A stretch of 63,770 bases of DNA from a virus (Duplodnaviria; Caudoviricetes). Position numbers and translations under genes: made by a program. Shown piece after piece: positions 37,113 to 47,700 of the stretch. The DNA is taken from IMG/VR virus record IMGVR_UViG_3300044731_000783, positions 1 to 63,770 of that record; one strand, 5' to 3'. The stretch's first letter is position 1; every line of letters starts with the position of its first letter. Below the pieces are notes generated by a model. The model was not told the DNA's origin. It ran no database searches and was given only the letters and a program-made list of their open reading frames with translations.

Positions 37113-40109
37113 TTAATTACATAAAATTGTGAAGTTTATTCCAACATTTATTTCAAATGTATCATCAACACTAATTGGTATACAATTAACATTATAGACC
37201 GTAACAGTATTATTTACCTCATCAATAAAATAAGTATAACCATCATTTTGTAAATTTGTTAAAGAACTATTTAAACCATCAATCCATTGTTGGTTTGTTG
37301 GGTAATTTTGATATCCGCTTGTTATTGTAAATGGTTCAATAATTAATGGTACACCATTATATCTGATATCAACATACCACTCACATACAATGGTATTTAA
37401 AAGGCAATCATTAGTTGTTAAATTATTTATTTCTAAATAATTGTTTAACGCGTTTGACAATATTGTTCCAAAAGAAACATTTGATGGGTTTGAATCCCAG
37501 GGGTATAAAGGACATTCAACAAATTGTACCGGACAATCATAAGCAAATAATTGTGTTGTAAGTTCACAAGGATTACAAGGTACCGGAACAATTCTACAAC
37601 CATATTGTCTTCTCCAAACAAACTTTTGTCTATGAAATATTGAGTTCTCAAGTCTAACGCCTGTGTTCCAAATTGTTGTTGCTGGTACCATTTGTTCTAT
37701 TAAACGAATCCAATAATCTCCCATACCATTTACATAATCAATTAATGGTTGGTATGTAAAATTATCATTTGGTATTCCGGCAATTTCTCTAGATTCTAGA
37801 TATTTCCAGTATATCGATTGTAGTGTTGGATAACCACCGGTTTTTCCGTCTGTTATAAATTGTCTATTTCTAACATTTATTGTGTTATGCCAAAATGTTT
37901 GTAAAAATTCAAAAAATGTTTTTTCTTTTGGTTTTGGGTTAATTTCAGTCCAATCAATACCACCTCTTTGTGGGTATGGAGTATTTGGATTTGGATTACA
38001 ATAGGTTGGTTCAATATAATTAAGTCCTTCATTTGGTATTGGGTAATTATACTGTCTAGACATTGTCCAGACATCATATGCCAAACCTAAACTTGGGTTT
38101 AACATAATGTCAACATTTTTAACATTTAATACTAAACAATCTTCCGATGTTGGGTAATAAGCGTTAAAATTACCATCAAAACTTGTTCTAAGTCCGGTCT
38201 CATTATCTGTCCAACTTTTTTTATTATCTTGAATTCTCCTTAATTTGAATCCTAAATTCATAAATGGAAAATATCTATATCTATCTAAATATTCTTCACC
38301 ATAATTAAATGGTCTTAATTTGGTTTGGTACGTTGGGTTTGTACCGGTAAACACCGAGGTTGTTAAATCAATTTTTTCCGGCATTCTATGTTGTGGTGTT
38401 GATTCAAACCAACCACCTCCAATTTGGAAAAAATAACTTTCACTTTCAACCGGCATACTAGGACAACCGAATTGATCTAACGGATAGTCAACAGATGTAA
38501 CACTAATATCTTTAGTCACACTAGATAATGTAACTCCAGTATATTGTACACCCATAATTGAATAAACGTCTGTTTGGTCTAAGACTGGTGTTTGTTGAGT
38601 ATAGGTACCCCCTGAAATTTTAGCATATTGGGTATCAAAATCATTTACATTAATTTTTTGATCCGCTAAATACACATATTCATTAAAATCAACCAAAAAA
38701 TCCGGAGCACCAATAAATCTTAAAAGTGTTTCAATAGATCTTCTTGTTCCTTTTGATTTAAAAAGATACGCGGAATTCATTATCAAATTTCTATAGAATT
38801 GATAATTTAACTCATCTGGTGTTTTACCAACTGGTAACCCACTAAATTGACTTTTTTCTGAAACAAAAACAGAATCCAAAAAGTCTTTATCGCTAATTGG
38901 TGAAATATTTATTTTCCAACCTAATGTTTGTGCTAAATTTTTTAAAAGTTGTGATGGTATATCATCTTTAATATTGTAATTAACAGAATTTATATTTGCT
39001 AACGCACCTATAAATTTTTTAGTTTCGTCAAAACTTCTACCATATATCTGTACAACTTTTTCAAATTTTCTATCAATAGTATCAAATTCTTTTAGTGCTG
39101 ATGTTGTATAAAATCTTGATATTAAATTTGTTGTGTAGTTATCTAAACTTACGGCAAAACTATTTAACGATGTTATATAATTTTCAAATTGATTTGATTT
39201 TATATCTAAATTCCAACTACCATCTAACGGAAATCTTAATGTTTTATTTGTAATTTTAAAAGTTCCATCATCATTTTCAACAGGTACTTTAAAATATGAA
39301 GTGTATATTGGTTGTATTTGTCTATTTAGTAAAAAATTTTCAACAGTATCAAAATTTTCGTTAAAAACTTTATTTACATAATAATCTGTTGGTCTTATTA
39401 AAAAATTTGATTGACTAAAGGTTTGATTTGGGAAAGGTTCACCTTCTAAATAAATCTTAAACGTAGTATCAGTCGGTTTTATCGGTACAATATCATTTAT
39501 TGGGTATTGTTCTTTGTTTATGAATAATGAATATTTTTGATAATTCTTTTTCATATTTCTCAATTCTGATGTTGTAACCTCATATGAAGCAGTATTTCTA
39601 TCTGCGTTAATTGAGAAGTCGATTGAAAATGGATTTTTAATTGTGTCTAAATAGATTTCCAACGTAGTTTCATTTTCAACTTTATCATATGATATATTTG
39701 TAATAGTATATCCAGTACTAAAATCTGATTTAAGACTACTAATTTGTAAAGCCGCTGGAAAAAAATTTATAATCCTTGTCAATGCGGCAGAAATTCTTAA
39801 TGATAAAGAACCGTATAGTGTGAAATTTGTAACTTCAGATAAATCATAATTTGGGTAGACCTGAAAGTTGTTTGCTAAAATCATTTTAGATTGTTCAACA
39901 CTTTCGATTTTTAAAGTATCTAAAGATATTGGGTCTGAAAATGTACCAATTTCAAAATTTCTATCTTGTTTTTCTGATATACCAGTTGTAAATTCAAAAT
40001 TTCCTTGGGTAAAACCACCACCGTCAACAAGTTGGAACCCAACTAAATTGTCAGAAAATGTGTTTTGTCCCGATGCCTGTGGTGGACAAGTAAATTTGTT
40101 TATTGCCAT
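37113..40109 (-). CDS. Baseplate wedge protein (P2 gpI/T4 gp7-like segment)
   Basis: IPSQLLKNLAQTLGW and LFKSKGTRRSIETLLRFIG. Confidence 0.65.
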   Translation of the reverse strand: MAINKFTCPPQASGQNTFSDNLVGFQLVDGGGFTQGNFEFTTGISEKQDRNFEIGTFSDPISLDTLKIESVEQSKMILANNFQVYPNYDLSEVTNFTLYGSLSLRISAALTRIINFFPAALQISSLKSDFSTGYTITNISYDKVENETTLEIYLDTIKNPFSIDFSINADRNTASYEVTTSELRNMKKNYQKYSLFINKEQYPINDIVPIKPTDTTFKIYLEGEPFPNQTFSQSNFLIRPTDYYVNKVFNENFDTVENFLLNRQIQPIYTSYFKVPVENDDGTFKITNKTLRFPLDGSWNLDIKSNQFENYITSLNSFAVSLDNYTTNLISRFYTTSALKEFDTIDRKFEKVVQIYGRSFDETKKFIGALANINSVNYNIKDDIPSQLLKNLAQTLGWKINISPISDKDFLDSVFVSEKSQFSGLPVGKTPDELNYQFYRNLIMNSAYLFKSKGTRRSIETLLRFIGAPDFLVDFNEYVYLADQKINVNDFDTQYAKISGGTYTQQTPVLDQTDVYSIMGVQYTGVTLSSVTKDISVTSVDYPLDQFGCPSMPVESESYFFQIGGGWFESTPQHRMPEKIDLTTSVFTGTNPTYQTKLRPFNYGEEYLDRYRYFPFMNLGFKLRRIQDNKKSWTDNETGLRTSFDGNFNAYYPTSEDCLVLNVKNVDIMLNPSLGLAYDVWTMSRQYNYPIPNEGLNYIEPTYCNPNPNTPYPQRGGIDWTEINPKPKEKTFFEFLQTFWHNTINVRNRQFITDGKTGGYPTLQSIYWKYLESREIAGIPNDNFTYQPLIDYVNGMGDYWIRLIEQMVPATTIWNTGVRLENSIFHRQKFVWRRQYGCRIVPVPCNPCELTTQLFAYDCPVQFVECPLYPWDSNPSNVSFGTILSNALNNYLEINNLTTNDCLLNTIVCEWYVDIRYNGVPLIIEPFTITSGYQNYPTNQQWIDGLNSSLTNLQNDGYTYFIDEVNNTVTVYNVNCIPISVDDTFEINVGINFTILCN

Positions 40110-41017
40110 TATCCGGTTATATTATTAAATGCCTTACTAAAATCTATATTAGTCCCACGATCTTGTCTAACTTCATAAAGAAGTTCATTAAACTGATCTT
40201 TAATTTCGTATAGATTGTATTGTTTATAGATATTATTTTGATTATCATAAATTGTGTAAATTCCATCATCAATAGATTTGGTTTGATTACCATAAAGTGC
40301 TATTGCTAGTGTTGAAATATCCTGGTCAACAATTTCAATTTCTGTTGTTATTGGATTGAAGAAGGTATTTGTGATAATAACATTCTGGTTTGGTTGACCA
40401 ATAAATGGTGTTGCACTTGGTTTGTTTGTTGGTGACGCCGAAGGTGATAGTGTACAGAATATTAAATTTGTAGCACTTTCAACATATCTATATCTAATAG
40501 ATTTTTGTGATGTGTTTGTTAAATTTTGATAAACCGGTTCGCAATAAAAAGATGAGGTGATTATTCTAAAAAAGTTTGGTATTTTTGTACCATTATCATT
40601 TAAATATTCAACTCTAAAACCAACTAGCCCTTGATTAACAAATTTATTTCTAAAGTCTGCCGGAACATTATTAATATCAATAACAATACCCTTAACATTT
40701 GGTAGTGCTGATAAAATACCACAATCGGTAATCTTTGTTCGTATTTCCGCTGGTCTAATATAAAGAGTATATATACCTAACCTATTAAATTGATCAGCAG
40801 GTAATTTTAAATTGTATAAACCACCGAGTATTTCTACATTAGCATTACCACCTGTATTATTGTTATGAAAATACGGTTTTAATACGTTTTTAGCGTCTAA
40901 TTTTGTTAGTAAAAAATTATCAGTATCATCCCTAGTTGGGGTATAATTTAATATGATTTCAACATCATCTGGACTAACGTCCGCTGGTCTTATTGTTCCG
41001 TAACTTCCTGTTGCCAC
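40109..41017 (-). CDS. Putative baseplate/tail structural protein (GTG start)
   Basis: 302-aa ORF; TATTTAT upstream; context. Confidence 0.55.
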   Translation of the reverse strand: MATGSYGTIRPADVSPDDVEIILNYTPTRDDTDNFLLTKLDAKNVLKPYFHNNNTGGNANVEILGGLYNLKLPADQFNRLGIYTLYIRPAEIRTKITDCGILSALPNVKGIVIDINNVPADFRNKFVNQGLVGFRVEYLNDNGTKIPNFFRIITSSFYCEPVYQNLTNTSQKSIRYRYVESATNLIFCTLSPSASPTNKPSATPFIGQPNQNVIITNTFFNPITTEIEIVDQDISTLAIALYGNQTKSIDDGIYTIYDNQNNIYKQYNLYEIKDQFNELLYEVRQDRGTNIDFSKAFNNITG

Positions 41018-41060
41018 AATTTAAAATTTAATTATGTTTATCTTTTTATAAATACAGAGT

Positions 41061-42233
41061 TTAGTATTTTTTGACTTTAAAATAACCATATCCATATTTA
41101 CTTATATCACCCAAATTATCAACTTCACCCAATCTTTCTATTGCTTCAAGTCCGGATATTTTACCTCGTTCCACAAATAACTCTGATTGGATTTGTGGTT
41201 CGTCAATAACATTTAGTAGTGCTTCATTTTTTGTTAATGCCGATAAAACATATTCATCTTTATCAATACCGTAGGATGAAATAAAATAAATTGTGGTACC
41301 ATCATTTATATCCCAATATAATATATCATTAACTGTGTACGCAGTGTAAGTATCTGTTGGGTCCGGACCATAAACAATACCATAACTTCCAGATGTCCCA
41401 GTAACCGGGACATTTAGTTTAAATTTACCACCATATAAATTAAATTTTGGTCCATATTGTGTTAAATCATTTAAGTTACTTTGTGTATAACCGGTTATTA
41501 AAAATGGTACAGTAGTGAATGTACTGCTATCATAATCATCAATGTTTGTATTAGAATCCCCAGTAAATATGTAATCATAACTCACTGGAGTTCCTGTCCA
41601 GTTACACCCGGTTGCTGTAAAATATGCAGTACCCGCCGAATTAGGTATATTTACATTGTCATATGGTAAATTGATTGGTTTTGTAACATTGGAGATTCCC
41701 CAAGGTGAATAACAAATTAATTTTATTTCATATTGTGTTGTTGCCGCTGGATATGTGTGTGTTAATGGATTACTATTTGTTAAAGTAACTAGAGGTGAAC
41801 CATCACCCCAATCTAAAACAAATGTACATAATTCTAAAAATTTTTTAACATCTGTTTCTGATGTATTATAAAATACAATAGTATATGGATTTAGTGTATT
41901 GGCTGACCATAAAAAATTAGTTATCACATCTTTTTGTAACACAGCACCATCAAATGGTGTATAGTAACCAAAATCAACTGTATTTTCCGTAAATAAAATT
42001 GGTAATGTTAAACAAGTTAAAAGTGATTCACCGTTTGTTCCACCACTTAAAACTAAATTCATTGGTAAATAATAACCCGTATCACCAGTTAGTGTTGTTA
42101 CTGTTGTCGCAGTAATTGGACAACAGGGGTCAATTAAAACTGAAACATCTGTTACACCAGTATATGGGACCGTAATTAAATCGCCTTTTATATTTTCTGG
42201 AGAAATTTTAAAGTAATACCTTTGTTCTTCCAT
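41061..42233 (-). CDS. Putative virion protein with PKD-like domain
   Basis: LDWGDGS...HTYP. Confidence 0.6.
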   Translation of the reverse strand: MEEQRYYFKISPENIKGDLITVPYTGVTDVSVLIDPCCPITATTVTTLTGDTGYYLPMNLVLSGGTNGESLLTCLTLPILFTENTVDFGYYTPFDGAVLQKDVITNFLWSANTLNPYTIVFYNTSETDVKKFLELCTFVLDWGDGSPLVTLTNSNPLTHTYPAATTQYEIKLICYSPWGISNVTKPINLPYDNVNIPNSAGTAYFTATGCNWTGTPVSYDYIFTGDSNTNIDDYDSSTFTTVPFLITGYTQSNLNDLTQYGPKFNLYGGKFKLNVPVTGTSGSYGIVYGPDPTDTYTAYTVNDILYWDINDGTTIYFISSYGIDKDEYVLSALTKNEALLNVIDEPQIQSELFVERGKISGLEAIERLGEVDNLGDISKYGYGYFKVKKY

Positions 42234-43045
42234 TATGGGTTAATATATTCGTACCAAGCAATTGGGTTTATTTCGTCACCGACTCTATTATTTGTCACAG
42301 TTGAGATTACCTCATATGTCTTGGTTGGATAATCCAGTTTTACTTTATAATAGAAATAATCAGAACTATCAAATGTAAAATAATTACCAGAAAGTGTTGA
42401 TTGTGGTCTATTCATCATTCTCACAAAAACACCAAGACGAGCATCAAAAAATTTCGCACTCATATAGAATTCATCTAAATTTATATAATCTCTACTTTTT
42501 AACCAATAAATAAAAAATCCTTCTTTATCTCCAATATAATCTAACCCCATTTTTGGTTTTCTAATTTGAACATTTGTTAAATATGGTGATATTGTTACGG
42601 TCTCAAAAAATCCTTGTTGCACCGGTAAAATTATTGTAAAATAATTTTTTTGACTAACCTCATCTCTTGTGTCATAAAAATCAATCTTAAAAAAAGATTT
42701 TGTGAATGGTTTAGAGTATGAATATATTTCTTGTTTGGTAAATCCTTCGTATTGATAACTATTAATCCAGGCGGCCGGATTATTTATTGTTTGTCCACTA
42801 TCAAAAAAATTAAATTCATAAAATATTTTTGTAACCAAATCATTTGTATTAGCCGACAAATAGGTATTATGTGCAAATCTTGATAATTCAAAATCATTAG
42901 GTGAACCAATTAAATCAATTAAAACTTGATCCTGGTATTCGTCAATTGCTTGATCACGTTCTGTAAAATCCCATTTTATTTCAATTGGAATATCAATCTG
43001 TTTATCAACAGTTGGTAATAATATTTTATACTTACTCACACTCAT
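42233..43045 (-). CDS. Putative virion structural protein
   Basis: 270-aa ORF coupled within the structural operon. Confidence 0.55.
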   Translation of the reverse strand: MSVSKYKILLPTVDKQIDIPIEIKWDFTERDQAIDEYQDQVLIDLIGSPNDFELSRFAHNTYLSANTNDLVTKIFYEFNFFDSGQTINNPAAWINSYQYEGFTKQEIYSYSKPFTKSFFKIDFYDTRDEVSQKNYFTIILPVQQGFFETVTISPYLTNVQIRKPKMGLDYIGDKEGFFIYWLKSRDYINLDEFYMSAKFFDARLGVFVRMMNRPQSTLSGNYFTFDSSDYFYYKVKLDYPTKTYEVISTVTNNRVGDEINPIAWYEYINP

Positions 43046-44789
43046 CTATAGTTGGGTCTGCGATTTCTGTTATGTTTTGAACACCGGTACCTTCAGAAAA
43101 TACTCTAAATATTGTATTTCTAAAGGGATAATGTGAACCGTTGGTAAATGGATAATCCACACCTAAACCTTCATTATCAATAAATCCATATGGATAAATA
43201 TCTCTCCATCTAAATCCACCTGAAAGGTTTGAATAGAACGAGTAATTGGGAATATCAGTAACCGTGTTTGGGTCACCTTCTTCAACATAATCCGAATAAA
43301 CACTCAATGTTAATGGTGTTAATGGAAAATAATAATAACCAAATTTGTTATTTAATGGTGAATTATCAATTGTTGTAAAATAGTTTTGGTTAAAAGTAAA
43401 TTTATGTATTTTTTTTGACACAATTCTTTCTTTTTGTTCATAGTCATTCCATTCACAAAAGTCCCCATCAATAGTATCACCAGAAACTAAATCTTGAGTA
43501 TAAAAACAAGGAAATAAACCATTTGGGTTATTTGGAAAATATGTTGAGGATGGTATTGTAGTATTAGATAATGTATTATTTATATCCCACCAAGGATTTG
43601 GTACTTGACCATCTAAATAAACATTAAAATAGTAACCTTCTTTTAATTTATTTGTCCAACCATAATAACCTTTCCAAATTGTTGTAAAAAATAATTCAGT
43701 TATTGGTCTTTTTTGATTATCAAGTAATGGACTTATATCTATATCAACATTAAATGATAATGTATAATTTTGACTTCCCTCTAATGTTGATGTTCTTGGG
43801 CAAGACGGTGGTGTCAAGATTGTTAAAGGAGTTCCACCAGACAATGTTTTTTCATATTGTGTTTTTAAATTAAAAATATTTTGTTCAAAACCACTATTAA
43901 CTAAAACTGCGTTTTCAGGATTGGTTAAAATTTTATGTCTTCTAATATAATATTTTGAGGTTGTTTCACCGGTGTTTGAAGTATCTAACATTCTTCTAAA
44001 TGTCCCTATTACACCAGTACTAAATATACCGCCGATAAAACCTATGTTGTCAATATTAAAAATATACTCATCACTACCAGACCCACTATCACCAAGTGAT
44101 GTTACCTGGAAAAAGTTATTTCCATTATAACTTAATGATAATTTAACATATTCACCAACATTTAGTCCGTGTTTCATAGGACATTTAAATGATACATAAT
44201 CACCAGTAATTTCTTTTATAAAGAACGGTATACCATCACTAGCAGTCCAATACCAAGTTATTATATATTCCGGATCAGTAGTATATAAAACTTTATTATA
44301 ATCATTTTCAAATGGATAGCTAACATAGTGGTTCCAATTGTATGTCGATGCACTTTGATTAACAAATAATTGATGATTTGGTAATCCGGATGTGTAACCA
44401 ATTTTATTATTGTCTGTTCTTATAAAGTCAAATTCACTATACTGTGGAAACCCAGACCAAGCTGGAGTTGTATTTGGGTAACATAAAACATTTTGTACGT
44501 TTTCAACTAAATTTGAATAATATAAATAATTGTAATATGGTTCATAGGTTGTTATTCCGGAATAAGCATTTTTAAAAATGTAAGCAAATTTTGTTGTTGG
44601 TCTAAATATAGAAGATCTTTGTCTTTCTTCGTCAAAAACTTGTTCTAAACTAATATCAATTGTTCTATCATACTCAACTTGTTCATGTGAAGTTTGTTTT
44701 AATATGATTTTTTCAGAACTATCAATATCACTAGCCCCTTGGAATCTTTTATTTCCTAATATTATTTTATTTGAGTCGTCAATTCCCAT
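43032..44789 (-). CDS. Putative virion structural protein
   Basis: 585 aa; HGLNVGEYVKLS beta-barrel-like motif; context. Confidence 0.55.
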   Translation of the reverse strand: MGIDDSNKIILGNKRFQGASDIDSSEKIILKQTSHEQVEYDRTIDISLEQVFDEERQRSSIFRPTTKFAYIFKNAYSGITTYEPYYNYLYYSNLVENVQNVLCYPNTTPAWSGFPQYSEFDFIRTDNNKIGYTSGLPNHQLFVNQSASTYNWNHYVSYPFENDYNKVLYTTDPEYIITWYWTASDGIPFFIKEITGDYVSFKCPMKHGLNVGEYVKLSLSYNGNNFFQVTSLGDSGSGSDEYIFNIDNIGFIGGIFSTGVIGTFRRMLDTSNTGETTSKYYIRRHKILTNPENAVLVNSGFEQNIFNLKTQYEKTLSGGTPLTILTPPSCPRTSTLEGSQNYTLSFNVDIDISPLLDNQKRPITELFFTTIWKGYYGWTNKLKEGYYFNVYLDGQVPNPWWDINNTLSNTTIPSSTYFPNNPNGLFPCFYTQDLVSGDTIDGDFCEWNDYEQKERIVSKKIHKFTFNQNYFTTIDNSPLNNKFGYYYFPLTPLTLSVYSDYVEEGDPNTVTDIPNYSFYSNLSGGFRWRDIYPYGFIDNEGLGVDYPFTNGSHYPFRNTIFRVFSEGTGVQNITEIADPTIDECE

Positions 44790-47700
44790 TATTGTTTTGC
44801 TGTATCAACATATAATTTTATGAATTTATCAATTGCTGTTTTCCCATTGTTAAGTCCAAAATAAAAGAAAAATGGTGCACCAACTAAAATTGCTTTACCA
44901 TTCGGTATTCCAGTTACAACACCTGTAGTTCCTGTTAATGGTTGGTTATTATTATCAAAATTTGTTATAAAACCAAAATTAGCTGTGTTTGTTAAATAAT
45001 ATTCGTTAGTATCTTCAAAGTCTAAATTTTGATAATAGTTTGAATAGAACCCGTTACTGGTTTGATTTTGATCTGCTGTTGTTAACCAATTATTATTTTC
45101 AGTTCCAAATATGTTTGGTGTTGGTCCAGTTATTTGCCATTTATAGTGTGGTACTTCTTGGTCTGATGAGTACCCAAAATAACTTACAACATCAAGACCA
45201 CAAGATGATGGATAAGTTTCAATACCAGGTGTTAATCTTCTTCTATATTGATATTCTTCTGTTGATGATGAAAAGAAAACACCAAATACCGGTCTTTGTT
45301 CTGATGTTGAGTCTTCTCCAATAAACAAAAAATTATTAGGATAATTTTCTTCAATATAAGGATTTATCCTCCATTCTGAATTTATTGATAAAGCTTGAGC
45401 AAAATCACCATCAATCCTATCACCTTTTCGAGTACTATTAAAAAATTGTATTATTGACCTACCTTCTGCCGCACCACCTGTTGCATTAACTGCAAATGGT
45501 AACATTTGGTCTCTAACTGAAGCATTTAATAATCTAGAAATAAAACCCATTTGTATTAAATCTGAATTATCAGAATATGATGTTGCTCTAACTTGGTCAA
45601 CAATATATCCATTAAATTGGTCACTATTACAAATTTGACTTATGAACTTATCTCTAGGTCCTAAATCCATAACAGTTGTTGGAAATTGTATTCTTTGTTC
45701 GTTGTAACCATACCCAGGATAAACATTAACTAAATAAGGTGGTAATGATGTGTTTATTGGTGGTGAATCAACACCGATAAAATTATTTCCATCCCAAGGT
45801 GATGAACGATAATAAAAACCTTTTGTTATTTCATTAAAAATTACAGTATCTTCACAATAATTATAAATTGGTTCATCCGGTTGTTGTAAGGTAAATGTTG
45901 TTGATTTATTAAATGAAAACATATAAAGAACACCATTTATCCAGTTATTTTGAAAAGTTTGTGAAAACACGCCTCTACATGCTGCAAACGTTAATCTAAA
46001 TCTTGTTATCCATTCTAATAATAATCTAGAATCTTTTTGATATTCTGGTATTAAATATATTTTTTTAAAGAATAATCCGGTTAATGGGTCTGGGTTTTCA
46101 ACGTAATTTAATAAACAATAACATCCTTGTTTTATTCTATCTGGTTTAACATCACAATTTGGGTTAACTCCTATATTTGTACCTGAACCAGTATAACATT
46201 GTAATGAAACCATTTGGTCACAATTAAGTGTTGAAGTTAAACTTTGAACAAATTGTGTTTCATCATAAACAGTTTGTCCAGCGTTTTGGTCTGGAGCAAA
46301 AGTTATTGTTGGGTTATTTGTTGTTCCTTCTGTATAATATGTAAAATTATCGTTTTGATGTAGACCGTAACTTGTTTGACCATAATTTTCTTGTGTTTTT
46401 GTTGATGTTGGGATTCTATCGCTTCTCATTACCAAATATTGTGTCGGTAATAAATTAGGGTCTGGATAATTTATTGGTGTTAAAGAATGTTTATGGTATG
46501 CTGTTGAGTACACTACATATTTTCTTAATGAAGATCCTGGTTCAATGTATAGATTAGTGTCATTTTGATTACCCCATAAATCATAAAAATCATATGGTGT
46601 TGAGTCTGTATTAGATGCTGTAAAAGAACCCCCAGCAAAATAGTAATTTGTTGTTGAGTCCACAATTGATGGTGATGGTGATATTATGGGTAAAAGTTTA
46701 TTTCTTTGTGAAGCACCATTTACACTATAATATGTACCAGAACTTAATGTTGATACAGTTGGAAATGATGGCCAAGGAACATATGTATTAACAGTTGATA
46801 CTGAATTATCATCTGTACATAAATAATAATATGGTAAATTAGATGTAAATGCGGTATATTCATTTCTAGTAATACCATTTTGATCAACGTAACTTGGACT
46901 TATTTTAAAATTATACGCTGGAAAATATAAATCTTGTGAAATATTTGTTGGTGTGTTATGACTTTTTGGTTTGTTTCCACCTGAATAACCTTGTATTGGT
47001 ACATTTAAATAATAATCACCCTCAACAATAACAGAACCAAATGATGTTTGTCCGAATAATTTTGATAAATCATATTTGTTTTTATATTTACCAGAATGTG
47101 GGTCAACACCTCTAGTTAATATTAAAATTTCATAACCAGAATAGTCATTTGATTTTGTTATAACATCTGGTATTTGTCCATACAAATAATTTGTGTTGTT
47201 GTATGGGTCACAAGAATTTTCAAATATAAATCTAGCGTCGTGATTTAAATATTTTTTAGGGAAATAGTTGTTTGTTGATGGTGAATAATTTGAATTTAAA
47301 ATAAATTGTGAGTATGTAAATCCTGTTATTACTTGGAAATATTCGATATCTGTAACAAATTTTAAATATGTTTCATTACCAGTATTTCCTGTTAATAAAT
47401 AAGAAGTTGGTGTCGCGTTTGTATTATTATTTGTTGGGTCAGCATAAACAACTTGTATAACCGTTGATGCAGATGTAGTTCCTGTTAAAGCATTATTACC
47501 AAATTGATTAACTGTGTTTGCAGTTATTGAATTATAGAATGTGGCTCCGGTTAAATTTTGATTACACAAAGATAGACTTGAATCTTGGAATGAGAATAAA
47601 TTACCTACACCTATTTGAGCTAAAGTACCTGGTTTTGCTAAAACAACTAATGGTTGGTCTAAATGACCTAGTGAACCAAAATTACTTGGAGTATTGAATA